The notes below the pieces were generated by a model. That model saw only the letters and a program-made list of their open reading frames with translations. It ran no database searches and was not told the DNA's origin. 64,000 nt of DNA. Origin: Octopus sinensis (Eukaryota). Shown here one piece after another: positions 24,545 to 39,005 of this stretch. The stretch lies in NCBI RefSeq assembly GCF_006345805.1, contig NC_043008.1, positions 28,954,001-29,018,000 of the forward strand, written 5' to 3'. Each line of letters begins with the position of its first letter. Position 1 is the stretch's first letter. The position numbers and the translations under genes are program-made.

Positions 24545-26150
24545 TGTATGAGAGTTACGAAATGGGTTATGGAAAATCTGGGTTACATATGTTTCGTAGC
24601 GAGTGGAATCGCAGAAGTGTTAAAATCCAAGTGTGGCATATATCGCCGGTTACTCTTCAGATCCAGGTTATCTGGATTACATCAAAGTCTACATTGTCGC
24701 AAGGAGGTGCATAGTGACGCAATGGTTCAGTCTGAATATTTGGAGGGCACAGTATTCGTTGTATATATAAATGAGGGGAGATATAATTCATAGAAGAAGG
24801 GACGAATGAAGAGAGGCAAAAAAAAAGTTACTTGAAATAAAATACAGTAGGGTGAGAGAAAGGAGGAATTTGACGGGTCGGCTAAAGCTTAATCACAGAA
24901 TTCAATAGTGGGATTGACATTTGAACAGAAGAGAAATTGGAGAGGAGAGGATGGGGAAAATTCTTTTGGTCTTTGGGAGTAAAAGAAAGTATGTATAAAT
25001 AAAGCAAGGTAGGGTGAGGTGTTTAAGCACGACTAGTGGTTTTATGGTCAAATGGCGTAGAATGGTACAGGAAAACAAAGAAAACGAATGAAGTGGTGAA
25101 AGTGTATATAAGCTTATGTATTTGTACTTTTAGGGGTGGAGGGAGTAGAAGGGACAGTTGAAATATAAAGAAAGAAGAATAGTTTAGGTATTAAGTAAAA
25201 ATAAGGATAGAAAATGACGAATAAGAAATTAAAAGCGGAAAGAAAATATATTGTTGGTTTAATACGCAGTGGTTGTGAGGTTTAATAAGTGGGGAAAAAT
25301 ATATGAGTTACGGGGAGACAAGAGTGGTTGGTTATAACTATTTGTATTTCGAGAGTAGATTTAAGACCCTATGTTTGCAGGCCAGTATTATACTGCTGCG
25401 TTCATTGAGCAAAATAGGCGTGACCTCGCCAATATAGAGATCACACTCATTATTATATCCTCTGCAAGATTTGGCGTGGGTGATTATGGACCATGTGAGA
25501 CAGAAGGGAGCTGAGTCAAGCGTCCGTTAATAGATACATTGAGATAACGATGTACTGTTAGACTTTGTGTGGGATTTGAAGCTATAGTAGTGATTTCTCA
25601 CTGAAGCTTTGAAGGTGGTGCTATATGAGCCGATGTAAATGTAGTTTCAGTTGTTAATTGTATGAATTAACTATGCATATTTAAACACAGTTTTAGTGAG
25701 ACAGCGGTTATCTACAGGACAGGAGTTATGGCCTCTGAAGCTGCATAGGTTAGTAAGGTTGTTCCGGATGAGCTTGTGAGGACATTGTTATTATAGTTGG
25801 TGCCAAGGTTATTAATTGTTAAGGCGTTGAAGGTGGTGTTGTTGGGTTGTTGTGTATGATACTTAATGTGTCCGGTGATATCCTCTGTGCTATTCTCTAT
25901 TATGGCAGGAGGTATATTTGGCTGTTGTAGTAAATTTAATATGCTGGTGTTAGCAATGACACTATAGTTGTAGTTATGAAGGTTTGTTTTGCTTTGGAGT
26001 CAGTTGGTTTATTGGGTTTATATGCATGGACATAAGTGTTATGTTGAATTAATTTACTAGGGTCGTTAGATGTTAGTGGATTTTGGTGGTCCTAACAGAT
26101 AAAAAATAATAACTGTACAAGGTTGTCTCAACTTAATAATACTAACAGTA
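24545..26150 (-). mobile_element. Degraded Penelope-like element D (GIY-YIG end plus pLTR)
   Basis: Minus-strand translation fragments CPVDN...YIYIGSYSTTFK...NHYYSFK...STSLSQ...WSIITHA...LNERS...CKH; hammerhead in the pLTR. Confidence 0.75.
24578..24666 (-). ncRNA. Type I hammerhead in PLE D
   Basis: Reverse complement CTGGAT-CTGAAGA-GTA(ACCG)GCGA...TCGCTAC-GAAAC-ATAT-GTA|ACCCAG; one mismatch in stem I. Confidence 0.75.
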
Positions 26151-26324
26151 CATCGTTATACAGTTCTATATTCAAGAGATGCGGAATTATGTACCTTATT
26201 TACATTATGTACATTTGACGAATACTTGTCCTCATCTTGTTTGTTGTTAACACAATGTTTCCGGCTGGGGAAATTTCGAGCCTGGGTTCTCATTCCTAAG
26301 TTATTTTTCGAAGTTGTTGTTGTT

Positions 26325-26331
26325 ATTATTA

Positions 26332-26385
<54 letters not shown>

Positions 26386-26460
26386 TATTATTATTATTAT
26401 TATTATTGTTGTTGTTGCTGTTGTTGTTGCTGTTGTTGTTGTTGTTATTATTATTATTTT
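26325..26460. repeat. Compound (TTA)n/(TTG)n microsatellite
   Basis: Direct inspection. Confidence 0.95.
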
Positions 26461-27455
26461 TTTCTGGGCTATAATAGAATCGTGTATCTCTTATTAGGGC
26501 CAATAATCCATTTGTGGATTCAGCTTCAAAGAACCCCTTAAACCTCACATAGCTCACAACAATTTCTTAATAAACACAACGAAGCCTCCACTGCGTGTAA
26601 GCGCAAATTCTTCCGTACTTTTAAATTATTTCATGAAACTAAATGTAACTTCACCCACTACGAATAGCACTCACATACAAAATCCTATGATCACTAACAC
26701 GTGACCCTCAATATCTCTTCCATCTCTCCTATATCTCTATATCTCTTATATCTACGTTTTCTTTTATATCTCTTCTATCTACCTTACCGCATCGCTTCAT
26801 GAGATAAATATTAATTCTTAAATTTATACTTAATTTATTTTTTAACCATAACCAAATAATACGCCTAATATTTAATTCTAACCCTACTCCTAAATAATTT
26901 AACATTCAGCTAGTTCTTCAACTCTCAAATACCTACAAACTCATAAACCCATGGCTAAAATAAGTCTAGAGCCATTGAACTTAGCCAGATCGGACACAAA
27001 ACTGTACCACTAGATTTCCTACCCAACACCTATAGACTGGAAGAATACCACAGACACCTACTATTCTTCAATATCCTTTCATTTTGCTCTATTTTGTTTA
27101 TTTATTTACGCTAACTTCTACCTCTTCGTTCTCTGTCATATATTCTCGGTTACTCCTATTTACCATATTCTTAGACACTATATGCTTATATACCTTAATT
27201 TATCTAAAAGCGAATCCTTAATTTCCCCCTCACTCTATATACCTCTCTTTCTATTTATTTATTTTTCTTTCCTCCTAACACTTAATAACCACCTGCGCTA
27301 CCATTCTTTTATTAAAATTTGATATCTTCGCCGCGTCTTTCTCTGGATGTTTACAATATCAGTATATTAACACACAATGATTTACCCAGAATTGCACCTA
27401 AGAACTTATAGCCTTATTTCTACAACATCGAAAATTTTAAATGTGAACATTTGTT

Positions 27456-27510
<55 letters not shown>

Positions 27511-27854
27511 GTCCACATCCTTATTGCTTTACTCCCTTCCTATATGTCGTCACTTCATTAATATATACCCATCTCATACTCCCCATTTGTCTCTGTTGAC
27601 AGAATGGCTCATAATCTGGGATAACACAGAAACAGCTATAAGACATTGAAATCTTTCCAATAATAATATTGTATATGACTTGAGATGGTTGCTTAGCCTT
27701 AAAGTTTATTGTCTTCTTTAACACTTATATATCTATATACAGCGATAAGTAGATAGATGGATACAAAAATACATTGATAGAGATAGACAGAGACAGACAT
27801 ACAGACAGACACAGAGACCTGCAGCAGACAGGCAAACAGACAGACCGACAGCCA

Positions 27855-28095
<241 letters not shown>

Positions 28096-28754
28096 ACAAA
28101 TCGACTCGCTGAAACACATTTACACAGGCATACGAACACACAACCACACACATACATCTATGTCATATTTTGCTATGTTCGATAGAATTACTTTTATTGT
28201 GTTTCTTTTTACTGTGCTGTCAGTTATGGAATTTATTGCAGTGCAATTTACGATAATTTAATATCCCATAATTTGATATGCTTTATATAGAAACAAGATA
28301 TTTATCTATCTTCTCTAATCACTTTTATTTATCTTTTGACCAGTGAGTTCTCTCACATAGTTTTTTAATGTTTATTTTTATTAGATCAACGTGATTCTTT
28401 TTACTAAGCTGTGTTTTTTTCTTCCTTTATTGTAATTATCTGCCAATAACAATAACCTATCTATTCTCAATATTATGTGCAATTCTAAAACATGAAAACA
28501 GAAGGTGTTACTGTAGGTATAAAAGAAATTGTTTACTCTTATTCATTTTTTATTGTTGTCCTTATATATAGATGCAATTATTCTCAAATTATTTTCAGCA
28601 TATATATATCATTTTACAGCAGAGAAAAGATTTTAACTACAGTGAAAACACGATGCAGGTAGTTTGAAGACATACAATAACTACTCAAGCAAAGAACAAA
28701 AGGTTCCAATTCCTTACAGCAATTATTTCATTCTTCCCTTTAATAATAATAATG

Positions 28755-28786
<32 letters not shown>

Positions 28787-28959
28787 GATGGTATACAGAC
28801 AATATCACTACTAGGACCTGCACACATCCTACATAAAACACTTTCAATACAGTTTTAAAAAAAAGAGCATCACAACAAACCGCGCCACATACCCAAGACA
28901 CACAGAGCTGCGCTCGGTAGTGTAGTGAAAGCATGTGATAAAAATACAACCACTGACTA

Positions 28960-29083
<124 letters not shown>

Positions 29084-30525
29084 AGGATCGGATGGAGTCG
29101 CCCTGAGCCTCCCCATGGGCTGATTAAGGATACACCTAGTGATATGTCACAATACAAACACTGGTAATTGGGCAACCTGATAATCGCTACCTCATATGAG
29201 TGGCAATGAATAAAAACAATATTGTGAATAACAGTGGTAATGAAACTGAAACCATTGATGGTGACAGAGTTGCGCCCGGCAAGTTCAGAGATTCTGGTCC
29301 GGCTCCAGCTTGTATATATCCAGAAAGGCACCCCAACACATGGTAGGTGAAAATGGTGCTCAAATTAGGGTTTACCGGCAACGTATGTATGATCATTGGA
29401 GGGAAAAGGGATTGTTTCATCTCACAGAACAGCGACTATGTAATCAAGCTAGAGCAATAAGAAAAAAAAATCGTTCTTTCACAGAAGTAGAGCTCGGAGC
29501 TATCGAAAGACTGGTCTTGGAAAATAGCAGCAGAGATAGCGATAAAAATACAGTTCATATTACTAAATGTAACCTGATAGCACAGGAAAGGATCAGTGGT
29601 AGTTTATTTGATGAGAGGCATATAGATGATCTAAAAGAAGACAATAAAACTGATATCGACATGACAGATGGACAAAAGGCAATCTACGACAGAATAAAGG
29701 TAAGAATATAGGAGAATGATAGCGACATTATTTGCAACCTTTAAAAAGGTTGGCCGGTAGAAGCTGAACCAAGAAACGAAAGATGTCAATGATATTCTGA
29801 AATACATCACAACAAACAACATCACAGAAACAAATGATTTGATCAAGGCAGCGAGTGTAGTTGTAGCAGAAAATGTGTATGCTGATGTGAAGAAAATGAA
29901 ATACGATGAGAGTGACAAAAGAAAAGACACATGGGGGAGAAAAAAATACAGGGAGTGTTAGATATGCTCTCGAAGGATATTTCTGTGTAAGACCAAAAAG
30001 AGAAAGGGGAGCTTAAAAACGAAAAGATGCAGGGCACTGAAAAGGAAGTATAATATTGAAAGTAAGGGTCTGAAAGTGGTAATAGAGGAACTGAAGCAGT
30101 GCGTCGTAGTAAAAAAAGCAAAGATGGTAAGACACGACCAAAAAATAATGGGTTACCAGCAGAATAGGTTATTCAGAGTAGATCAGAATAAATTCTATAA
30201 AGAAATGAATGATGAGAGTACAGATGAAATGGAATTTGTACAGATAACAATGACAGTGAAAGGCTTTGGAGTGACATCTGGAGCAAAGACAAGGAGTACA
30301 AGAAGGATGCTGAACGGTTGCAAGAACTGAAACAAACAGTAGTCTGTCCAAAACACGCAGAACTAATCCTTTCAGTGAGGGAAGTGGAAGGAAATCAACA
30401 AAATGATGAGCAAATGGAAGGCCCCAGGACCACATGGCATACAAGGCTACTAATTAAAAAAGTTTGGTGAATAGCTGTGCAACTAAACACCTTGTTAACT
30501 GCGACCAAGTAATACCAGAGTGGTC
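29084..30525 (+). mobile_element. R4/Dong-clade non-LTR retrotransposon, 5' part (N-terminus to start of RT)
   Basis: YRQRMYDHWREKGLFHLTEQRLCNQARAIRK is a typical R4/Dong N-terminal motif; followed by YQQNRLFRVDQNKFY, KAPGPHG and IPEWST. Confidence 0.75.
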
Positions 30526-30596
30526 AACATTATTAAAATTATTATTTTTGCTGTTGCTGATATTATTTTTCTTCTTATTATTAAAATGTATATTAT

Positions 30597-30662
<66 letters not shown>

Positions 30663-30759
30663 TACTACTACTGCTGCTGCTACTACTGCTGCTGCTGCTA
30701 CTGCTGCTGCTGCTACTGCTACTACTATCATTATTATTATCATTATTTATTGTTTTTGC

Positions 30760-32300
30760 ACAGCGTCTATCGCTGGAGATGTACTATTGTGCCAGCTTTT
30801 CGCTACCAGATATCAAAGGTAACTCCCCTTATTTTTCGAGCAACATACGGAGTATTCGAGCGGTTCCTAGCAATGCTGTTTTCTGAAAGTGCCCCACCCT
30901 TATTGCAGCCTCTATTTTTTCCATGTACCCCTCAATATTTTTTACTCACTGTCCCCAGGGCTCCGACAATTATTGGTATTACTACCATCTTTTTCATCGA
31001 CCACAATTGTTTAATGTCTAAAACTAATCTTTCATTCTTCCTTATCGCATAACTTGCCGTCAACTGGGCATGCTATATCTATCATCCAGCATCGTTTGCT
31101 TTCTTTCTCAATTAAGACTATGTCTGCCTTCCTATTCTTTATCTCATGGTCGCACTGAATCATATAATCACATACGATCTTTGCATACCTACTATGTTGT
31201 TTTCTTCACCTCTAACGTTTGTTGGCATCCAATAAATTCTCTTGCCACTATTTTTCTTGGTACATACTGTCTGTCTGTGTCACTTTTCGGGTAGAGTATC
31301 TCATATCTATTCAGTAGCGTCCTTGTCTTTCTGTCTAAGCTGTTTAGTTCATCTATTGTCCATGCGATTACCCCTCCTCCATATCTAAGGAGTAAAAACT
31401 TCCCAGGTGTTGATAGCTTCAATCTTATTCCGTCCGTTTAAATTCGACTCAAGGATCAGGCTCAATCTTCACAAGTACTCAAACTTAACGTTTTTTTGAC
31501 ATCAATTTATCTATTTCCAATGTTCCCAAGTACTTATATACCGCTTCATAAATTTCATCGACGGTATCGCTAACCTGTCCATTCATTTGATTTGGGCTCT
31601 CTTCAACACCACACACCACACTTTTTCATTCCGAAATCCATACCCGTATCAGCACTGAAAGTATACACTGTACGAACAACAGAACTGACTTGGAATTCAT
31701 CTTTACGATAAAGATTGGGTTTATCCATGAATAACAAGTGCTTGATTTTTTGTTGGCGGGTTTTGAATACATACCCAGCATTTGCTTTCCTCAGAATCAG
31801 CGTTAGTGGTATGATAAATATTACAAAGATCAGTGGGGACAGACATTCCCCTTGGAAGATGCTTCTCTTGATTTCTGTTGTCCCTAAACTTTTCCATATG
31901 CTATCAGTTCCGTCCTCCAATTCATCATACCTTTTTCAAGCACTCACTCAACATTCGATGCAATACCAAATAGGTTCATTCATTCCATAATCCAAAAATG
32001 TGGGATCATACGCCATACGATAATCGATCCATGACATGGATAGGTGGGATTTCCCCCTCTTTCAGGTTTGTCTACAAGGAGTTCATCCTTAGTACATCTG
32101 GACTTACGCTTGCAACCCCTCTGCTCATGTGACAGGAGTCCATTTTTTCCCAGATGTCCATAATCGATTCTGCGAATATTCTAATGTGTAATGAATTGCC
32201 ATTCTTCTTGATTATTGATAAGATTATTTCTGTAACGTTCGTCAAGGTGTGCTACAGCATAGCTGGGCACTCCTTTAGTTAAGACGACGAATTTTCCAGT
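30760..32300 (-). mobile_element. R4/Dong-clade element, RT to 3' end with internal deletion
   Basis: EQRGCKRKSRCTKDELLVDK, IFQGECLSPLIF, HLLFMD, FGMKKC, and the RLE-type C-terminus IIVGALGTV...QKTALLGTARILR. Confidence 0.8.
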
Positions 32301-32329
32301 TGATTCTATCTATAGAACAACCTCGTGAT

Positions 32330-32595
32330 GAAGTTGACCTGTATGTGTCTGATCACTCCACATACAAAACGTATTACTAACATATTTCTCAGGGATATTC
32401 AGTATGATACATTGCATGCAACAAAGGGATTCTTGCATCACGGATCCGTTGAATAGCTGATTTGTGTCATTTGATTTGACTAGCGCAACGCAAAATAAAA
32501 TGTCCTGCTCCAGGATACAACTCGCTGCGGAGAATCGAACCATGACGTGAAGATCGTGAGCCGAATACACTGACTCCTAAACTACATACCTTCGG
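32330..32595. mobile_element. Degenerate SINE
   Basis: AATGTCCTGCTCCAGGATACAAC...GAATCGAACC...CGTGAGCCGAATAC resembles the reverse complement of a tRNA-head/core SINE; heavily mutated. Confidence 0.45.
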
Positions 32596-32699
32596 TGTTG
32601 CATAACAACGATGATTTTGTAATCATCGCTAGCTGTTTAATGACGCCACATCACATTCATTTAATTCCATGTCACTCATCCGGAGAATATCTCTTATGA

Positions 32700-33600
32700 T
32701 ATATTATCGTAGAGATCTTCAAAGTGATTTACTTTTGCATGAACAATTAGGGTTAAGTTGTTTCCCCATTGGAAAAAAATTTGACTCTTGTCAAGATTTT
32801 TATGACAACTAATTTTGTGCAGGTATTCAGACTAATTTTAATGATTTCGCATTCTGTGGGCTTGCATTTTCCAACATCCAACTGTGGTAATACATCAGTT
32901 GTTAGTTCCTTAAGTATTTTACATTGTGTCAACAAATGATCGTAGAAGTTGCATTTTTTCACTTAGTACTCTACCAAATTTTATAATATAAAATAGCTAT
33001 AGTTATAATAACCGATTCTGAGTTTAATAATTCTATTTCAAAGCTAATTCACACTAAAGAAGAATGTTCTGTAAAGAAACCATCATTTCGCTTTAATAAG
33101 TCGATAGAATATTTTAAGTCTAACTGTTTCAATATGCCTTGTGTCATATAGATAAGGTTTGATCTGATTTAGCAGATAGTTTTGCATTCATGGCCGCTCC
33201 AAAGTTTTGTATATTCAGAACTACATTAATGTCTACCTCATTCTTCTCATGCGGTCGGCAGAATAAGTATTTATTGCGAGTTTTAACTATCTGTAAGGAC
33301 ATCATTATACATATGGCGGTAATGTAATTATTTTTGTTTTTCATATATGAAATGATATCCACCGGTAATACACAGGCGTTTACTCGATCAGCAAAGGTGG
33401 TGACCTGTATACTTAGTAGTTTTACGTATTGATTTTTCTTTACGCATATGGCTCTTTGTATTTCCGAGATTTTGTGGAACTTGTGTAATCCCCACAAATT
33501 GCACTCTTTCATTTCAAAGTTACGTAAATAGTCTATTCCTTTATCCGTGAAGGATTGGTTAATTAATGTTCTGGTCATAGTTATTATCGTTTTTCTGAAC
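32700..33600 (-). mobile_element. Internally deleted PLE remnant E (different family)
   Basis: DYLRNFEMKECNLWGLHKFHK (cf. NFYGLPKIHK) and a Cys-rich pre-GIY-YIG segment KCKPTECEII...NTC. Confidence 0.6.
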
Positions 33601-34616
33601 TTATTGCTACTTCCTTATATGATCCAATATTTTGCGTTTATAATATTCACTCTCCGTTTATCGCTATCGTCGTGATGGAAGGAAAATTATATTGAAGACA
33701 AGAGTTTTCTTTGCCAATATGCAAGAATCCACACTCCGCACATCAGGCAAGAACAATTAAGCAAGAATCCACTGAGAATGCATCTGGAAATAAAAAGAGA
33801 TAGCAATTTCAAGGTCTTACTCGTTTACCAGTAAAAAAGCGATGACCCTAAGTACTGAGAAGCAATTCATGTCTATACTAACCGCTTAAATATGATCACT
33901 ATTTATGTTAACAATCACTGAAATTAAATAATTTATGAACATTATTTTACTTAGTTAACTCGCACTGGACGAAGCTAACGTTTGCAAAAAATATCGTTGG
34001 ATTTACACATGGATTTTCGGTGAAATAATGAAAAGTAAATCCTTGAATATTCGATTTTGACACTCATCAAGCATATTGGTTTTGTACAAAATCTATTGAT
34101 ATTGGGTTGAATGTATATTTACATCTTAAATATGATTTGAAACACTCGGCTTTCTTTCATATCTCATAATAATGAGTGCATCCATTCTTATCGCTTTTAT
34201 GAATGATCGTTTCAATCAACGAGTAACAGCGAACACTTTCCTAAAATATAATACACATGCATATTTACAGAAGCGTGAGCATGTATGTGTATACATATTT
34301 ATATATATGCATATATGTATGCATGTGTAATGTGTGTAAGTACATGATACATGCATTGCACTATGTATTTTATGTATCATGTGTATAAATCTGTAAATGT
34401 ATGTATGTGTATTCTTACATACAAGTAATTTGGTATACAATAATAAACAGAGAGAGGGGAAAAGAGAACATTAGGAGAGAGAAATGTTTTCAAAACCATG
34501 AGAAAAACAAAACTGAAATCTTGAATTGTCATTAACTTTGAACAAGCTGACCATATGAATAGAATAAAATTCAGATAATCGCAGGAGCATTCCCACTTCT
34601 CTCTTTCTCTATCTCT

Positions 34617-34652
<36 letters not shown>

Positions 34653-34755
34653 ATTTATATATCTATATATATATTTCTTCTTGTATTTCTTCCTTTCGGT
34701 TTATTATTTCTCTCACCAAGCCTCCGGAAATTCAGATACTCGCAGGATCATTCGC

Positions 34756-34801
<46 letters not shown>

Positions 34802-35584
34802 ATATATATATATATATTTGTATTTCTTTCTTTCCATCTATTATTCCTCTCACGAAGCCTCCGAAAATTCATCACGCATGCATATATCTGCATACGCATA
34901 TATGCACATGAATACACACAGCAACATATGTACGTACCCACATATGAAACAAACACATAGGTAACAAGAGTACATTCTCTATCAGATTAATATAAAAAGG
35001 CATAAAATATTTTGTAAATATCTGATATGATGAATCTTCGAACCGAACCAGATGTAAATGCTAATAATGGTTAAGCAAAATTCAGACGACCTCCAATTTT
35101 TTTCAAATCTAAATAATTAACAGCACATGTAATAATCTGTATCTATCTATCTATCTAGCGATCTATCTGTCTGTCTCTCTGTCTGTCTACCTATCTATAT
35201 GCCTACTATGTATATATATATATATCGGTTTTAGATTTGGTTTGCAAGATTCTTTATGTGAGTTCATGTGTTGAAGCATGTTCCGTTGTGTCTGGGAAGA
35301 GTAATTTTTTGTGCCTTATAATTTAACACACTCACCGGTAAAATTTCCAATTTTTTTCTTATTTTTATTTTTCTAAAATTCTCATTGCGTCTTGAAACTT
35401 TTTCAATAGTCTTAACTCTGTCCGTTAGTTACACTGTCCTTTTTGTTTGGGTGTGTACTTGTGTGTGGCTCAGTGTGTGTGTGTGTGTGTGTGCATATGC
35501 ATGCATGTATGCTCTTATGCATTTATGTGTGTATGTATGTATGCATGTGTGTGTATGTATACATGTGTGTGTATGCATATGTAC

Positions 35585-37015
35585 AGACTATGCTATGACA
35601 GTAACTATTTATATGACCATGACCGCAGTAAATTCTGCCGCAACAGGTCACAGAAGGGAAGACCACCCACTATCACTTCAGTAATGAAGAACAGCACCAC
35701 AGAGTGCTGGAGTGGCTGGAGCGCACCCACAGAAAACCCTGAGAACAACAATTAGGTGAAAGAAATGATTGCACATGCAATAGGGGCCAGTTTAAAAACC
35801 ACCTTGAAGAACAGCATAGTAAAGTTTAACAAAAACTATACATGCAATTTCAAAGAGCAGCCATTGGTGTAGGTGTAGCTGGAGACATGGCTGGCCTCTT
35901 CATGACCTGGTGGGACAAAAAACTTAAACAAATGCTATCAGAACAGTCCACAACTCTACAGTAGATATGTACATAATATTAATATCATAGTTAGGACCAA
36001 CTGTAGTGACGTTAATGTAAAAAGTGAGAATGTAATGGAGAGCATCCAGCAAATAGCTAACTTCATCCACCAATGTATCAAGGTAACTATAGATTACCCC
36101 ACTAAGCACTCCAACAATAGACTCCCTGTACTTGATACTGAACTTTGGTTAGAGACTATGAACAATAGATTGCAGCTCGTCCACTCCTATTACATGAAAC
36201 ATAACTTCAAATTATGTTGTTCGCAAGATATCAGCTTTGTCACACTACATGATAATTAACATAATAAATGCAGGCCTAGTTAGAATAATGAACAATGTGT
36301 CCCCACTATGCAAACGCTATGAAACGAAAACAACATATACAGAACTTCATGCACCGCTTGCAGTTCTCTGGATATGATCAAAAAGATAGGGTTCGAGAAT
36401 ACAGCGGGGGCGGGGCTAGAAAGAAATTAGACACCATTATACGTAATGATATCAGTGGTACCTGCCCCAGATATAGAAACAAAGAATGGAATAGGATACA
36501 AAGAACTTGTGATAAAGCAAATAGGGTGAATACGTGGTATAAAAACGACAATATCAAGTAGTGATATTTTTAGAGGCCACAGTCCATGGAGAACAAGCCC
36601 GTAGATTTAGAAAAGCTCTGAAGGAGAAAAAACTCAACATTAAGATTGTTGAAAAATCAGGGAAATCCGTCAGATCACAACTCTGTAGGACGTACCCCTT
36701 TGAGAATACCATATGCACCAATGGTAACTGCATGGTATGTAGCATTAGCCCTGGCATTAACTGTAGAACTCGAAATGTAGCCTACAGCATAAGATACATA
36801 TAAGTTTCTTGTAAAGATATGAACATGAGACGTACATAGGGGAGACATCTAGGGGCATTGCGGAACGACTAAATGACAATCTGGGACTTTATAAAGACAA
36901 AATATACTCCTCCATACTCTACCAATATGCCAAAGACCACCATGGCGGTAACTTGGGTCAACTTCACATCTGCTTCTCATCCAAGCTCCCAAAAGACACA
37001 ACACTCAAATACGGG
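35585..37015 (+). mobile_element. PLE remnant F (family of G)
   Basis: KGRPPTIT, YSRYV, LPVLD, RLQFSGY, KIVEKSG...PF...C..C...NCRTRNV, YIGETSR remnants; broken by stops. Confidence 0.8.
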
Positions 37016-37809
37016 AGTACGTCCTTATATATGAACTTATCCAAAACTAAATAGGATATATACATAGTAGATATCATAGCTACATACCCATAGTTTACAC
37101 AGGTAGAGTAGAATAGTTAGTTAGTGGGCTGTTATGTTGTTAGATGTATGTATGTGTGTGTGTGGCTGTGGTGTGTGTGCACATGTATGTAAGCATATGG
37201 ATATGAAAATAAACAGATCAACATACTGACGGAGAGGTACATAGGTTATATGAACAGACAGGCACACATACGTAAATGGAGACTGAAATATATGACCATA
37301 TATACACACACACTTTACTCCACACAAGGACACATATGGAGACACATGTCCACAGATATAAAGATGCACATACATACATACAAACATGGTACATAGCTAC
37401 AAAATACACACACACAGATATGCACACAAGGTGCATACATATAGAAACACACGCTCGCGCACACATACATACATAAATATAAAAACACGGACATGCAAGC
37501 ACAAAAATATGCAGAATACATACATATATACATAGGCATACACACACATGTATACATACATAAACATACATATGTACGTGCATGCATGCATACATAGACA
37601 CACACACACAGTGACCCACACACATGCACACAAATAAACAAAAATAAGAAAAAATGTGGACATTTTACCGATGGTTTGTTAAATAATAAGGCAGAAAAGA
37701 AATTACCCTCCCCCAACACAACAGTGTATATATATATATATATATATATACATTATTGGTGAATTGAGGAAATGGAGCTGAACGCAGATTGAACAGAAAT
37801 CGTTTTATT

Positions 37810-37895
37810 TCATTCTACACGTGTTTCGAAAGGCACAAATTACCAAAATCCGATTGAATAATGGGACCATATTGTGTCTTTCTCTTCAGGAAGAA
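37810..37895 (-). ncRNA. Type I hammerhead, PLE C left arm
   Basis: Reverse complement of the 40090-40174 motif. Confidence 0.85.
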
Positions 37896-39005
37896 AAAAG
37901 GAAATCCGTTAGAGAAACAAAAACAGAACAGAGGCGGAGCAAAAACCAAATCGAACTATGCTCCTAAGAGCCCATGGCGAAACTGTTTATCAGTGTATGC
38001 TGAGAACCGGTGGCTGAAGAATTCTACAGGTCAGGCATCGGTCAATCATGTGGGTGAGGGTGTATAGATGTTCTTAGTGACCGAGAATAAAGTTCTGACT
38101 ATTTAAGGATATTGGATGTTTTATAAGGGGCGAGAAAAAATCTACTTAGAGACGTGTGTGTGTGTATCCTGTTCTATATATGTGTGTGTTGGCGTAGGGG
38201 TAGAAAACACTTTTTGTGTACGTGTGTGCGTTTGATCGTTCGGCTGTCAGTGGCTACTGCCGTGATAACCGTTGGGTGGCAGAAAGAAAAAATATATATA
38301 TATATATTATGTTTTATGTGTGTGTGTGTTCATCTGAGCCTGCCTTGTCAAGGAAACCCCCCGCTGTGAAAAAACCAAGCCCCGTTTGTCTTACAGGAGT
38401 AATTCCCCTTGCAGTGGATAATCGTAGATATCTAAAGGCTATTTCAGAATTTGTTACCAAGGGCTATGGGTGCCGGTATTATTTATAAACGCTATTTAAA
38501 AGCCAGATAAGTGTAACGCCGCCAATGGGGGCATCGAAAAGCCGACTGTAAGAGCCCGTTACCATCCGGCCTCTGGCAAACAAAATATGGAAGAGTTCGG
38601 AGACACAAGGTTACACTGTCTTCTGCCCCTATCAAATGGGAGGGCCACCGACAAAATTGACCATTCCAGCCTGTAGCTTAAGTTCGTATCCTTCAGTCGC
38701 CATATTAGCTTACTGAGTCCCGTGGTGGCGCTTGTTCACGTCCCGAAAAGTTGCGTAATGATTGGAGACACGCAAAGACAATCTTGAGGATGATGCCCCT
38801 ACATAAGTGAAGACATCTGAGTCCGTGTAAACCTTGCATTGGTAGACGGCGTTTTTGATCTTGGAGTTCGCCGACGTAAATCTTAATCTGCTAGGATTAG
38901 TTTCTGAAATTAGAACTGCGTTCCTGTCACTATATTCGTTGCAATGACAGTACTCTGATAGATAGTGGAGAATCAGGGGTTATTCCTATAGTTAATAGTG
39001 ACGTA

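Noticed and set aside
26160-26310. Repeat with AGCC-GGAAAC-ATT-GTGT on the minus strand, possibly the 3' half of a hammerhead
   Set aside because: The CUGANGA half is absent here; cannot be supported from this copy.
26480-27350. Possible inverted arm of PLE D (collinear short matches TTAAACCTCACA, CCACTGCGT, TTCTTCCG..CTTTTAA)
   Set aside because: Matches are short and in low-complexity pyrimidine-rich DNA; needs a real alignment.
32640-32730. Possible degenerate hammerhead next to PLE E (TTGAAGA-TCTC...GAGA on minus)
   Set aside because: Core C and GAAA are missing.
34590-34875. Degenerate direct duplication of about 130-150 bp around (CT)n
   Set aside because: Ordinary local slippage duplication with no further features.
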